From Eledone cirrhosa (taxonomy: Eukaryota): a stretch of 64,000 bases of DNA. The position numbers were made by a program, and so were the translations under genes. The notes under the pieces were generated by a model. That model was given only the letters and a program-made list of their open reading frames with translations. It had not been told where the DNA came from and ran no database searches. The stretch spans positions 20,708,001 through 20,772,000 of the forward strand of contig OZ024741.1 in assembly GCA_964016885.1 (NCBI GenBank). The letters run 5' to 3'. Shown here one piece after another: positions 28,801 through 43,020 of this stretch; within the stretch, counting starts at the first letter, position 1, and every line of letters starts with the position of its first letter.

Positions 28801-31800
28801 GAAGACCAGCTAAGACAACCAATTAGATGGTGGAACTTGGAGAGTGAAGACCAGCTAAGAGAACGAATTAGATGGAGGAACTTGGAGAGTGAAGACCAGC
28901 TAAGACAACCAATTAGATGGTGGAACTTGGGGAGTGAAGACCAGCTAAGACAACAAATTAGATGGTGGAACTTGGAGAGTGAAGACCAGCTAAGACAACC
29001 AATTAGATGGTGGAACTTACAGGGTGAAGACCAGCTAAGACAACCAATTAGATGATGGAACTTGGAGAGTGAAGACCAGCTAAGAGAACCAATTAGATGG
29101 TGGAACGTGTGGACTGAAGACCAGCTAAGACAACCAATAAGATGGTGGAACTTGGAGAGTGAAGACCAGCTGAGACAACCAATTAGATTGTGGAACTTGG
29201 GGAGTGAAGACCAGCTAAGATAACCAATTAGATGGTGGAACTTGGGGACTGAAGACCAGCTAAGACAACCAATTAGATGGTGGAACTTGGGGACTGAAGA
29301 CCAGCTAAGACAACCAATTAGATGGTGGAATTTGTGGAGTGACGACCAGCTAAGACAACCAATTAGATGGTGGAACTTGGGGACTGAAGACCAGCTAAGA
29401 CAACCAATAAGATGGTGGAACTTGGGGACTGAAGACCAGCTAAGACAACCAATTAGATGGTGGAACTTGGGGACTGAAGACCAGCTAAGACAACCAATTA
29501 GATGGTGGAATTTGTGGAGTGACGACCAGCTAAGACAACCAATTAGATGGTGGAACTTGGGGACTGAAGACCAGCTAAGACAACCAATTAGATGGTGGAA
29601 ATTGGGAGTGAAGACCAGCTAAGACAACCAATTAGATGGTGGAACTTGGGGACTGAAGACCAGCTAAGACAATCAATTAGATGGTGGAACTTGGGGACTG
29701 AAGACCAGCTAAGACAATCAATTAGATGGTGGAACTTGGGGAATGAAGACCAGCTAAGACAACCAATTAGATGGTGGAACTTGGGGACTGAAGACCAGCT
29801 AAGACAACCAATTAGATGGTGGAACTTGGGGAGTGACGACCAGCTAAGACAACCAAATAGATCGTGGAACCTGGGGACTGAAGTCCAGTTAAGACAACCA
29901 ATTAGATGGTGGAGCCTGGAGAGTGAAGACCAGACAAGACAACCAATTAGATGGTGGAACTTGGAGAGTGAAGACCAGATAAGACAGCCAATTAGATGGT
30001 GGAACTTGGGGTGTGGAGACCAGCTAAGACAACCAATTAGATGGTGGAACTTGGGAGTGAAGACCAGCTAAGACAACCAATTAGATGGTGGAATTGGGGA
30101 ATGAAGACCAGCTAAGACAACCAATTAGATGGTGGAACTTGGGGAGTGAAGACCAGCTAAGACAACAAATTAGATGGTGGAACTTACAGGGTGAAGACCA
30201 GCTAAGACAACCAATTAGATGATGGAACTTGGGGAGAGAAGACCAGCTAAGACAACCAATTAGATGGTGGAACTTGGAGAGAGAAGACCAGCTAAGAAAA
30301 TTAAATACATGGTGGAACTTGGAGAGTGAAGACCAGCTAAGAGAACCAATTAGATGGTGGAACGTGTGGACTGAAGACCAGCTAAGACAACCAATAAGAT
30401 GGTGGAACTTGGGGAGTGAAGACCAGCTGAGACAACCAATTAGATTGTGGAACTTGGGGAGTGAAGACCAGCTAAGATAACCAATTAGATGGTGGAACTT
30501 GGGGAGTGAAGACCAGCTGAGACAACCAATTAGAATGTGGAACTTGGGGAGTGACGACCAGCTAAGACAACCAATTAGATCGTGGAACTTGGGGACTGAA
30601 GTCCAGTTAAGACAACCAATTAGATGGTGGAGCCTGGAGAGTGAAGACCAGCTAAGACAACCAATTAGATGGTGGAACTTGGGGTGTGGAGACCAGCTAA
30701 GACAACCAATTAGATGGTGGAACTTGGGAGTGAAGACCAGCTAAGACAACCAATTAGATGGTGGAATTGGGGAATGAAGACTAGCTAAGACAACCAATTA
30801 GATGGTGGAACTTGGGGAGTGAAGACCAGCTAAGAAAACCAATTAGATGGTGGAACTTGGGGACTGAAGACCAACTAAGACAACCAATTAGATGGTGGAA
30901 CTTGGGGACTGAAGACCAGCTAAGACAACCAATTAGATGGTGGAACTTGGGGAGTGAAGACCAGCTAAGACAACCAATTAGATGGTGGAACTTGGGGAGT
31001 GAAGACCAGCTAAGACAACCAGTTAGATGGTGGAACTTGGGGACTGAAGTCCAGTTAAGACAACCAATTAGATGGTGGAACTTGGGGACTGAAGACCAGC
31101 TAAGACAACCAATTAGATGGTGGAACTTGGGGACTGAAGACCAGCTAAGACAACCAATTAGATGGTGTAACTTGGGGAGTGAAGACCAGCTGAGACAACC
31201 AGTTAGATGGTGGAACTTGGGGACTGAAGTCCAGTTAAGACAACCAATTAGATGGTGGAACTTGGGGACTGAAGACCAGCTAAGACAACCAATTAGATGG
31301 TGGAACTTGGGGACTGAAGACCAGCTAAGACAACCAATTAGATGGTGGAACTTGGGGAGTGAAGACCAGCTGAGACAACCAATTAGATGGTGGAACTTGG
31401 AGAGTGAAGACCAGATAAGACAACCAATTAGATGGTGGAACTTGGGGACTGAAGACCAGCTAAGACAACCAATTAGATGGTGGAACTTGGGGAGTGAAGA
31501 CCAGCTAAGACAACCAATTAGATGGTGAAACTTGGGGACTGAAGTCCAGTTAAGACAACCAATTAGATGGTGGAGCCTGGAGAGTGAAGGCCAGCTAAGA
31601 CAAACAATTAGATGGTGGAACTTGGGGTGTGGAGACCAGCTAAGACAATCAATTAGATGGTGGAACTTGGGAGTGAAGACCAGCTAAGACAACCAATTAG
31701 ATGGTGGAACTTGGGGAGTGAAGACCAGCTAAGAGAACGAATTAGATGGAGGAACTTGGAGAGTGAAGACCAGCTAAGACAACCAATTAGATGGTGGAAC

Positions 31801-32374
31801 TTGGAGAGTGAAGACCAGCTAAGACAACCAATTAGATGGTGGAACTTGGAGAGTGAAGACCAGCTAAGAGAACGAATTAGATGGAGGAACTTGGAGAGTG
31901 AAGACCAGCTAAGACAACCAATTAGATGGTGGAACTTGGGAGTGAAGACCAGCTAAGACAACCAATTAGATGGTGGAATTGGGGAATGAAGACCAGCTAA
32001 GACAACCAATTAGATGGTGGAACTTGGGGACTGAAGACCAGCTAAGACAACCAATTAGATGGTGGAACTTGCGGAGTGAAGACCAGCTAAGACAACCAAT
32101 TAGATGGTGGAATTGGGGAATGAAGACCAGCTAAGACAACCAATTAGATGGTGGAACTTGGGAGTGAAGACCAGATAAGACAACCAATTAGATGGTGGAA
32201 TTGGGGAATGAAGACCAGCTAAGACAACCAATTAGATGGTGGAACTTGGGGAGTGAAGACCAGCTAAGACAACCAATTAGATGGTGGAACTTGGAGAGTG
32301 AAGACCAGCTAAGAAAACCAATTAGATGGTGGAACTTGCGGAGTGAAGACCAGCTAAGACAACCAATTAGATGG

Positions 32375-34520
32375 TGGAACTTGGGGAGTGACGACCAGCT
32401 AAGACAACCAAATAGATCGTGGAACTTGGGGACTGAAGTCCAGTTAAGACAACCAATTAGATGGTGGAGCCTGGAGAGTGAAGACCAGCTAAGACAGCCA
32501 ATTAGATGGTGGAACTTGGGGTGTGGAGACCAGCTAAGACAACCAATTAGATGGTGGAACTTGGGAGTGAAGACCAGCTAAGACAACCAATTAGATGGTG
32601 GAATTGGGGAATGAAGACCAGCTAAGACAACCAATTAGATGGTGGAACTTGGGGAGTGAAGACCAGCTAAGACAACAAATTAGATGGTGGAGCCTGGAGA
32701 GTGAAGACCAGCTAAGACAACCAATTAGATGGTGGAACTTGGGGAGTGAAGACGAGCTAAGACAACCAATTAGATGGTGGAACTTGGGGAGTGAAGACCA
32801 GCTAAGACAACCAATTAGATGGTGGAACTTGGAGAGTGAAGACCAGCTAAGACAACTAATTAGATGGTGGAACTTGGGGAGTGAAGACCAGCTAAGACAA
32901 CCAGTTAGATGGTGGAACTTGGGGACTGAAGTCCAGTTAAGACAACCAATTAGATGGTGGAACTTGGGGACTGAAGACCAGCTAAGACAACCAATTAGAT
33001 GGTGGAACTTGGGGAGTGACGACCAGCTAAGACAACCAAATAGATCGTGGAACTTGGGGACTGAAGTCCAGTTAAGACAACCAATTAGATGGTGGAACTT
33101 GGGGACTGAAGACCAGCTAAGACAACCAATTAGATGGTGGAACTTGGGGAGTGACGACCAGCTAAGACAACCAAATAGATCGTGGAACTTGGGGACTGAA
33201 GTCCAGTTAAGACAACCAATTAGATGGTGGAGCCTGGAGAGTGAAGACCAGCTAAGACAGCCAATTAGATGGTGGAACTTGGGGTGTGGAGACCAGCTAA
33301 GACAACCAATTAGATGGTGGAACTTGGGAGTGAAGACCAGCTAAGACAACCAATTAGATGGTGGAATTGGGGAATGAAGACCAGCTAAGACAACCAATTA
33401 GATGGTGGAACTTGGGGAGTGAAGACCAGCTAAGACAACAAATTAGATGGTGGAGCCTGGAGAGTGAAGACCAGCTAAGACAACCAATTAGATGGTGGAA
33501 CTTGGGGAGTGAAGACGAGCTAAGACAACCAATTAGATGGTGGAACTTGGGGAGTGAAGACCAGCTCAGACAACCAATTAGATGGTGGAACTTGGAGAGT
33601 GAAGACCAGCTAAGACAACTAATTAGATGGTGGAACTTGGGGAGTGAAGACCAGCTAAGACAACCAGTTAGATGGTGGAACTTGGGGACTGAAGTCCAGT
33701 TAAGACAACCAATTAGATGGTGGAACTTGGGGACTGAAGACCAGCTAAGACAACCAATTAGATGGTGGAACTTGGGGAGTGACGACCAGCTAAGACAACC
33801 AAATAGATCGTGGAACTTGGGGACTGAAGTCCAGTTAAGACAACCAATTAGATGGTGGAACTTGGGGACTGAAGACCAGCTAAGACAACCAATTAGATGG
33901 TGGAACTTGGGGAGTGACGACCAGCTAAGACAACCAAATAGATCGTGGAACTTGGGGACTGAAGTCCAGTTAAGACAACCAATTAGATGGTGGAGCCTGG
34001 AGAGTGAAGACCAGCTAAGACAGCCAATTAGATGGTGGAACTTGGGGTGTGGAGACCAGCTAAGACAACCAATTAGATGGTGGAACTTGGGAGTGAAGAC
34101 CAGCTAAGACAACCAATTAGATGGTGGAATTGGGGAATGAAGACCAGCTAAGACAACCAATTAGATGGTGGAACTTGGGGAGTGAAGACCAGCTAAGACA
34201 ACAAATTAGATGGTGGAGCCTGGAGAGTGAAGACCAGCTAAGACAACCAATTAGATGGTGGAACTTGGGGAGTGAAGACGAGCTAAGACAACCAATTAGA
34301 TGGTGGAACTTGGGGAGTGAAGACCAGCTAAGACAACCAATTAGATGGTGGAACTTGGAGAGTGAAGACCAGCTAAGACAACTAATTAGATGGTGGAACT
34401 TGGGGAGTGAAGACCAGCTAAGACAACCAGTTAGATGGTGGAACTTGGGGACTGAAGTCCAGTTAAGACAACCAATTAGATGGTGGAACTTGGGGACTGA
34501 AGACCAGCTAAGACAACCAA
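32375..34520. repeat. Tandem repeat of a 763-bp unit (17 monomers), about 2.8 copies
   Basis: ORFs start at 32595, 33358 and 34121 (spacing 763) and the first two translations are identical. CAACTAATT and GACGAGCT variants occur in each copy. Confidence 0.92.
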
Positions 34521-36939
34521 TTAGATGGTGGAACTTGGGGACTGAAGACCAGCTAAGACAACCAATTAGATGGTGTAACTTGGGGAGTGAAGACCAGCTG
34601 AGACAACCAGTTAGATGGTGGAACTTGGGGACTGAAGTCCAGTTAAGACAACCAATTAGATGGTGGAACTTGGGGACTGAAGACCAGCTAAGACAACCAA
34701 TTAGATGGTGGAACTTGGGGACTGAAGACCAGCTAAGACAACCAATTAGATGGTGGAACTTGGGGAGTGAAGACCAGCTGAGACAACCAATTAGATGGTG
34801 GAACTTGGAGAGTGAAGACCAGATAAGACAACCAATTAGATGGTGGAACTTGGGGACTGAAGACCAGCTAAGACAACCAATTAGATGGTGGAACTTGGGG
34901 AGTGAAGACCAGCTAAGACAACCAATTAGATGGTGAAACTTGGGGACTGAAGTCCAGTTAAGACAACCAATTAGATGGTGGAGCCTGGAGAGTGAAGGCC
35001 AGCTAAGACAAACAATTAGATGGTGGAACTTGGGGTGTGGAGACCAGCTAAGACAATCAATTAGATGGTGGAACTTGGGAGTGAAGACCAGCTAAGACAA
35101 CCAATTAGATGGTGGAACTTGGGGAGTGAAGACAAGCTAAGAGAACGAATTAGATGGAGGAACTTGGAGAGTGAAGACCAGCTAAGACAACCAATTAGAT
35201 GGTGGAACTTGGAGAGTGAAGACCAGCTAAGACAACCAATTAGATGGTGGAACTTGGAGAGTGAAGACCAGCTAAGAGAACGAATTAGATGGAGGAACTT
35301 GGAGAGTGAAGACCAGCTAAGACAACCAATTAGATGGTGGAACTTGGGAGTGAAGACCAGCTAAGACAACCAATTAGATGGTGGAATTGGGGAATGAAGA
35401 CCAGCTAAGACAACCAATTAGATGGTGGAACTTGCGGAGTGAAGACCAGCTAAGACAACCAATTAGATGGTGGAACTTGGGGAGTGACGACCAGCTAAGA
35501 CAACCAAATAGATCGTGGAACTTGGGGACTGAAGTCCAGTTAAGACAACCAATTAGATGGTGGAGCCTGGAGAGTGAAGACCAGCTAAGACAGCCAATTA
35601 GATGGTGGAACTTGGGGTGTGGAGACCAGCTAAGACAACCAATTAGATGGTGGAACTTGGGAGTGAAGACCAGCTAAGACAACCAATTAGATGGTGGAAT
35701 TGGGGAATGAAGACCAGCTAAGACAACCAATTAGATGGTGGAACTTGGGGAGTGAAGACCAGCTAAGACAACAAATTAGATGGTGGAGCCTGGAGAGTGA
35801 AGACCAGCTAAGACAACCAATTAGATGGTGGAACTTGGGGAGTGAAGACGAGCTAAGACAACCAATTAGATGGTGGAACTTGGGGAGTGAAGACCAGCTA
35901 AGACAACCAATTAGATGGTGGAACTTGGAGAGTGAAGACCAGCTAAGACAACTAATTAGATGGTGGAACTTGGGGAGTGAAGACCAGCTAAGACAACCAA
36001 TTAGATGGTGGAACTTGGGGAGTGAAGACCAGCTAAGACAACCAATTAGATGGTGGAACTTGGGAGTGAAGACCAGCTAAGACAACCAATTAGATGATGG
36101 AATTGGGGAATGAAGACCAGCTAAGACAACCAATTAGATGGTGGAACTTGGGGAGTGAAGACCAGCTAAGACAACCAATTAGATGGTGGAACTTGGGGAG
36201 TGAAGACCAGCTAAGAGAACCAATTAGATGGTGGAACTTGGGGAGTGAAGACCAGCTAAGAGAACCAATTAGATGGTGGAACTTGGGGAGTGAAGACCAG
36301 CTAAGACAACCAATTAGATGGTGGAACTTGGGGAGTGAAGACCAGCTAAGACAACCAATTAGATGGTGGAACTTGGGGAGTGAAGACCAGCTAAGAGAAC
36401 CAATTAGATGGTGGAACTTGGGGAGTGAAGACCAGCTGAGACAACCAATTAGATGGTGGAACTTGGGGACTGAAGACCAGCTAAGACAACCAATTAGATG
36501 GTGGAACTTGGGGAGTGAAGACCAGCTGAGACAACCAATTAGATGGTGGAACTTGGAGAGTGAAGACCAGATAAGACAACCAATTAGATGGTGGAACTTG
36601 GAGAGTGAAGACCAGATAAGACAACCAATTAGATGGTGGAACTTGGGGACTGAAGACCAGCTAAGACAACCAAATAGATGGTGGAACTTGGAGAGTGAAG
36701 ACCAGCTAAGACAACCAATTAGATGGTGGAACTTGGGAGTGAAGACCAGCTAAGACAACCAATTAGATGGTGGAATTGGGGAATGAAGACCAGCTAAGAC
36801 AACCAATTAGATGGTGGAACTTGGGGAGTGAAGACCAGCTAAGACAACCAATTAGATGGTGGAACTTGGAGAGTGAAGACCAGCTAAGAGAACGAATTAG
36901 ATGGAGGAACTTGGAGAGTGAAGACCAGCTAAGACAACC

Positions 36940-39900
36940 AATTAGATGGTGGAACTTGGGGAGTGAAGACCAGCTAAGACAACCAATTAGATGGTGGAAC
37001 TAACAGGGTGAAGACCAGCTAAGACAACCAATTATATGATGGAACTTGGAGAGTGAAGACCAGCTAAGAGAACCAATTAGATGGTGGAACGTGTGGACTG
37101 AAGACCAGCTAAGACAACCAATAAGATGGTGGAACTTGGGGAGTGAAGACCAGCTGAGACAACCAATTAGATGGTGGAACTTGGGGACTGAAGACCAGCT
37201 AAGACAACCAATTAGATGGTGGAACTTGGGGACGGAAGACCAGCTAAGACAACCAATTAGATGGTGGAATTTGTGGAGTGACGACCAGCTAAGACAACCA
37301 ATTAGATGGTGGAACTTGGGAGTGAAGACCAGCTAAGACAACCAATTAGATGGTGGAATTGGGGAATGAAGACCAGCTAAGACAACCAATTAGGTGGTGG
37401 AACTTGCGGAGTGAAGACCAGCTAAGAAAACCAATTAGATGGTGGAACTTGGGGACTGAAGACCAGCTAAGACAACCAATTAGATGGTGGAACTTGGGGA
37501 CTGAAGACCAGCTAAGACAACCAATTAGATGGTGGAACTTGGGGAGTGACGACCAGCTAAGACAACCAAATAGATCGTGGAACTTGGGGACTGAAGTCCA
37601 GTTAAGACAACCAATTAGATGGTGGAGCCTGGAGAGTGAAGAACCGCTAAGACAGCCAATTAGATGGTGGAACTTGGGGTGTGGAGACCAGCTAAGACAA
37701 CCAATTAGATGGTGGAACTTGGGAGTGAAGACCAGCTAAGACAACCAATTAGATGGTGGAATTGGGGAATGAAGACCAGCTAAGACAACCAATTAGATGG
37801 TGGAACTTGGGGAGTGAAGACCAGCTAAGACAACAAATTAGATGGTGGAGCCTGGAGAGTGAAGACCAGCTAAGACAACCAATTAGATGGTGGAACTTGG
37901 GGAGTGAAGACCAGCTAAGACAACCAATTAGATGGTGGAACTTGGGGAGTGAAGACCAGCTAAGACAACCAATTAGATGGTGGAACTTGGAGAGTGAAGA
38001 CCAGCTAAGACAACCAATTAGATGGTGGAACTTGGGGAGTGAAGACCAGCTAAGACAACCAATTAGATGGTGGAACTTGGGGAGTGAAGACCAGCTAAGA
38101 CAACCAATTAGATGGTGGAACTTGGGGAGTGGAGACCAGCTAAGACAATCAATTAGATTGTGGAACTTGGGGAGTGAAGACCAGCTAAGACAACCAATTA
38201 GATGGTGGAACTTGGGGAGTGAAGACCAGCTAAGACAACCAATTAGATGGTGGAACTTGGGGTGTGGAGACCAGCTAAGACAACCAATTAGATGGTGGAA
38301 CTTGGGGAGTGAAGACCAGCTAAGACAACCAATTAGATGGTGGAACTTGGGGAGTGAAGACCAGCTAAGACAACCAATTAGATTGTGGAACTTGCGGAGT
38401 GAAGACCAGCTAAGACAACCAATTAGATGGTGGAACTAGGAGAGTGAAGACCAGCTACGACAACCAATTAGATGGTGGAACTTGGGGACTGAAGTCCAGT
38501 TAAGACAACCAATGAGATGGTGGAGCCTGGAGAGTGAAGACCAGCTAAGACACCAATTAGATGGTGGAGCCTGGAGAGTGAAGACCAGCTAAGACAACCA
38601 ATTAGATGGTGGAACTTGGGGAGTGAAGACCAGCTAAGACAACCAATTAGATGGTGGAACTTGGGGAGTGAAGACCAGCTAATACAACCAATTAGATGGT
38701 GGAACTTGGGGAGTGAAGACCAGCTAAGACAACCAATTAGATGGTGGAACTTGGGGACTGAAGACCAGCTAAGACAACCAATTAGAATGTGGAACTTGGG
38801 GAGTGAAGACGAGCTAAGAGAACCAATTAGATGGTGGAACTTGGGGAGTGAAGACCAGCTAAGACAACCAATTAGATGGTGGAACTTGGGGAGTGAAGAC
38901 CAGCTAAGACAACCAATTAGAATGTGGAACTTGGGGAGTGAAGACCAGCTAAGAGAACCAATTAGATGGTGGAACTTGGGAGTGAAGACCAGCTAAGACA
39001 ACCAATTAGATGGTGGAACTTGGGGAGTGAAGACCAGCTAAGACAACCAATTAGATGGTGGAACTAACAGGGTGAAGACCAGCTAAGACAACCAATTATA
39101 TGATGGAACTTGGAGAGTGAAGACCAGCTAAGAGAACCAATTAGATGGTGGAACGTGTGGACTGAAGACCAGCTAAGACAACCAATAAGATGGTGGAACT
39201 TGGGGAGTGAAGACCAGCTGAGACAACCAATTAGATGGTGGAACTTGGGGACTGAAGACCAGCTAAGACAACCAATTAGATGGTGGAACTTGGGGACTGA
39301 AGACCAGCTAAGACAACCAATTAGATGGTGGAATTTGTGGAGTGACGACCAGCTAAGACAACCAATTAGATGGTGGAACTTGGGAGTGAAGACCAGCTAA
39401 GACAACCAATTAGATGGTGGAATTGGGGAATGAAGACCAGCTAAGACAACCAATTAGGTGGTGGAACTTGCGGAGTGAAGACCAGCTAAGAAAACCAATT
39501 AGATGGTGGAACTTGGGGACTGAAGACCAGCTAAGACAACCAATTAGATGGTGGAACTTGGGGACTGAAGACCAGCTAAGACAACCAATTAGATGGTGGA
39601 ACTTGGGGAGTGACGACCAGCTAAGACAACCAAATAGATCGTGGAACTTGGGGACTGAAGTCCAGTTAAGACAACCAATTAGATGGTGGAGCCTGGAGAG
39701 TGAAGAACCGCTAAGACAGCCAATTAGATGGTGGAACTTGGGGTGTGGAGACCAGCTAAGACAACCAATTAGATGGTGGAACTTGGGAGTGAAGACCAGC
39801 TAAGACAACCAATTAGATGGTGGAATTGGGGAATGAAGACCAGCTAAGACAACCAATTAGATGGTGGAACTTGGGGAGTGAAGACCAGCTAAGACAACAA

Positions 39901-41070
39901 ATTAGATGGTGGAGCCTGGAGAGTGAAGACCAGCTAAGACAACCAATTAGATGGTGGAACTTGGGGAGTGAAGACCAGCTAAGACAACCAATTAGATGGT
40001 GGAACTTGGGGAGTGAAGACCAGCTAAGACAACCAATTAGATGGTGGAACTTGGAGAGTGAAGACCAGCTAAGACAACCAATTAGATGGTGGAACTTGGG
40101 GAGTGAAGACCAGCTAAGACAACCAATTAGATGGTGGAACTTGGGGAGTGAAGACCAGCTAAGACAACCAATTAGATGGTGGAACTTGGGGAGTGGAGAC
40201 CAGCTAAGACAATCAATTAGATTGTGGAACTTGGGGAGTGAAGACCAGCTAAGACAACCAATTAGATGGTGGAACTTGGGGAGTGAAGACCAGCTAAGAC
40301 AACCAATTAGATGGTGGAACTTGGGGTGTGGAGACCAGCTAAGACAACCAATTAGATGGTGGAACTTGGGGAGTGAAGACCAGCTAAGACAACCAATTAG
40401 ATGGTGGAACTTGGGGAGTGAAGACCAGCTAAGACAACCAATTAGATTGTGGAACTTGCGGAGTGAAGACCAGCTAAGACAACCAATTAGATGGTGGAAC
40501 TAGGAGAGTGAAGACCAGCTACGACAACCAATTAGATGGTGGAACTTGGGGACTGAAGTCCAGTTAAGACAACCAATGAGATGGTGGAGCCTGGAGAGTG
40601 AAGACCAGCTAAGACAACCAATTAGATGGTGGAGCCTGGAGAGTGAAGACCAGCTAAGACAACCAATTAGATGGTGGAACTTGGGGAGTGAAGACCAGCT
40701 AAGACAACCAATTAGATGGTGGAACTTGGGGAGTGAAGACCAGCTAATACAACCAATTAGATGGTGGAACTTGGGGAGTGAAGACCAGCTAAGACAACCA
40801 ATTAGATGGTGGAACTTGGGGACTGAAGACCAGCTAAGACAACCAATTAGAATGTGGAACTTGGGGAGTGAAGACGAGCTAAGAGAACCAATTAGATGGT
40901 GGAACTTGGGGAGTGAAGACCAGCTAAGACAACCAATTAGATGGTGGAACTTGGGGAGTGAAGACCAGCTAAGACAACCAATTAGAATGTGGAACTTGGG
41001 GAGTGAAGACCAGCTAAGAGAACCAATTAGATGGTGGAACTTGGGAGTGAAGACCAGCTAAGACAACCAA
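36940..41070. repeat. Tandem duplication, 2064-bp unit (46 monomers) x2
   Basis: TAACAGGG at 37001 and 39065. Private TAGGTGG variant at 37391 and 39455. ORF pairs 37046/39110, 37350/39414, 37753/39817. Confidence 0.93.
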
Positions 41071-43020
41071 TTAGATGGTGGAACTTGGGGAGTGAAGACC
41101 AGCTAAGACAACCAATTAGAATGTGGAACTTGGGGAGTGAAGACCAGCTAAGAGAACCAATTAGATGGTGGAACTTGGGGACTGAAGACCAGCTAAGACA
41201 ACCAATTAGATGGTGGAACTTGGGGAGTGAAGACCAGCTAAGACAACCAATTAGATGGTGGAACTTGGGGAGTGAAGACCAGCTAAGACAACCAATTAGA
41301 TGGTGGAACTTGGAGAGTAAAGACCAGCTAAGACAACCAATTAGATGGTGGAACTTGGGGAGTGAAGACCAGCTAAGACAACCAATTAGAATGTGGAACT
41401 TGGAGAGTGAAGACCAGCTAAGACAACCAATTAGATGGTGGAACTTGGGGAGTGAAGACCAGCTAAGACAACCAATTAGAATGTGGAACTTGGGGAGTGA
41501 AGACCAGCTAAGAGAACCAATTAGATGGTGGAACTTGGGGACTGAAGACCAGCTAAGACAACCAATTAGATGGTGGAACTTGGGGAGTGAAGACCAGCTA
41601 AGACAACCAATTAGATGGTGGAACTTGGGGAGTGAAGACCAGCTAAGACAACCAATTAGATGGTGGAACTTGGAGAGTGAAGACCAGCTAAGACAACCAA
41701 TTAGATGGTGGAACTTGGGAGTGAAGACCAGCTAAGACAACCAATTAGATGGTGGAACTTGGGGAGTGAAGACCAGCTAAGACAACCAATTAGAATGTGG
41801 AACTTGGGGAGTGAAGACCAGCTAAGAGAACCAATTAGATGGTGGAACTTGGGGACTGAAGACCAGCTAAGACAACCAATTAGATGGTGGAACTTGGGGA
41901 GTGAAGACCAGCTAAGACAACCAATTAGATGGTGGAACTTCGGGAGTGAAGACCAGCTAAGACAACCAATTAGATGGTGGAACTTGGGGAGTGAAGACCA
42001 GCTAAGACAACCAATTAGAATGTGGAACTTGGGGAGTGAAGACCAGCTAAGAGAACCAATTAGATGGTGGAACTTGGGAGTGAAGACCAGCTAAGACAAC
42101 CAATTAGATGATGGAATTGGGGAATGAAGACCAGCTAAGACAACCAATTAGAATGTGGAACTTGGGGAGTGAAGACCAGCTAAGAGAACCAATTAGATGG
42201 TGGAACTTGGGGAGTGAAGACCAGCTGAGACAACCAATTAGATGGTGGAACTTGGGGACTGAAGACCAGCTAAGACAACCAATTAGATGGTGGAACTTGG
42301 GGAGTGAAGACCAGCTGAGACAACCAATTAGATGGTGGAACTTGGGAGTGAAGACCAGCTAAGACAACCAATTAGATGATGGAATTGGGGAATGAAGACC
42401 AGCTAAGACAACCAATTAGAATGTGGAACTTGGGGAGTGAAGACCAGCTAAGAGAACCAATTAGATGGTGGAACTTGGGGAGTGAAGACCAGCTGAGACA
42501 ACCAATTAGATGTAGGAACTTGGGGACTGAAGACCAGCTAAGACAACCAATTAGATAGTGGAACTTGGGGAGTGAAGACCAGCTGAGACAACCAATTAGA
42601 TGGTGGAACTTGGGGAGTGAAGACCAGCTGAGACAACCAATTAGATGTAGGAACTTGGGGACTGAAGACCAGCTAAGACAACCAATTAGATAGTGGAACT
42701 TGGGGAGTGAAGACCAGCTGAGACAACCAATTAGATGTAGGAACTTGGGGACTGAAGACCAGCTAAGACAACCAATTAGATAGTGGAACTTGGGGAGTGA
42801 AGACCAGCTAAGACACCCAATTAGATGGTGGAACTTGGAGAGTGAAGACCAGATAAGACAACCAATTAGATGGTGGAACTTGGAGAGTGAAGACCAGATA
42901 AGACAACCAATTAGATGGTGGAACTTGGGGACTGAAGACCAGCTAAGACAACCAATTAGATGGTAGAACTTGGAGAGTGAAGACCAGCTAAGACAACCAA
43001 TTAGATGGTGGAACTTGGGA
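40170..43020. repeat. Displaced partial copy of family A (5'-truncated, lacking one 854-bp subunit)
   Basis: A-type variants (GAGTGGAGAC+CAATCAATTAGATTG, TTGCGG, AACTAGGAG/CTACGAC, CCAATGAG, CTAATAC, GAGTAAAG) appear in A order. ORF offsets are 28045 (12501/40546) then 27191 (13840/41031, 14514/41705, 14917/42108). Confidence 0.9.

Larger units (their letters stand above)
19124..37742. repeat. Super-unit B, copy 1 (18619 bp, about 415 monomers, internally expanded)
   Basis: Same ordered landmark variants as 44025-56225: ORF pairs 19898/44844, 21066/45967, 25104/47716, 26675/49152, 27484/49961, 28738/51080, 31657/53549, 36767/55250, 37350/55833. Confidence 0.85.
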
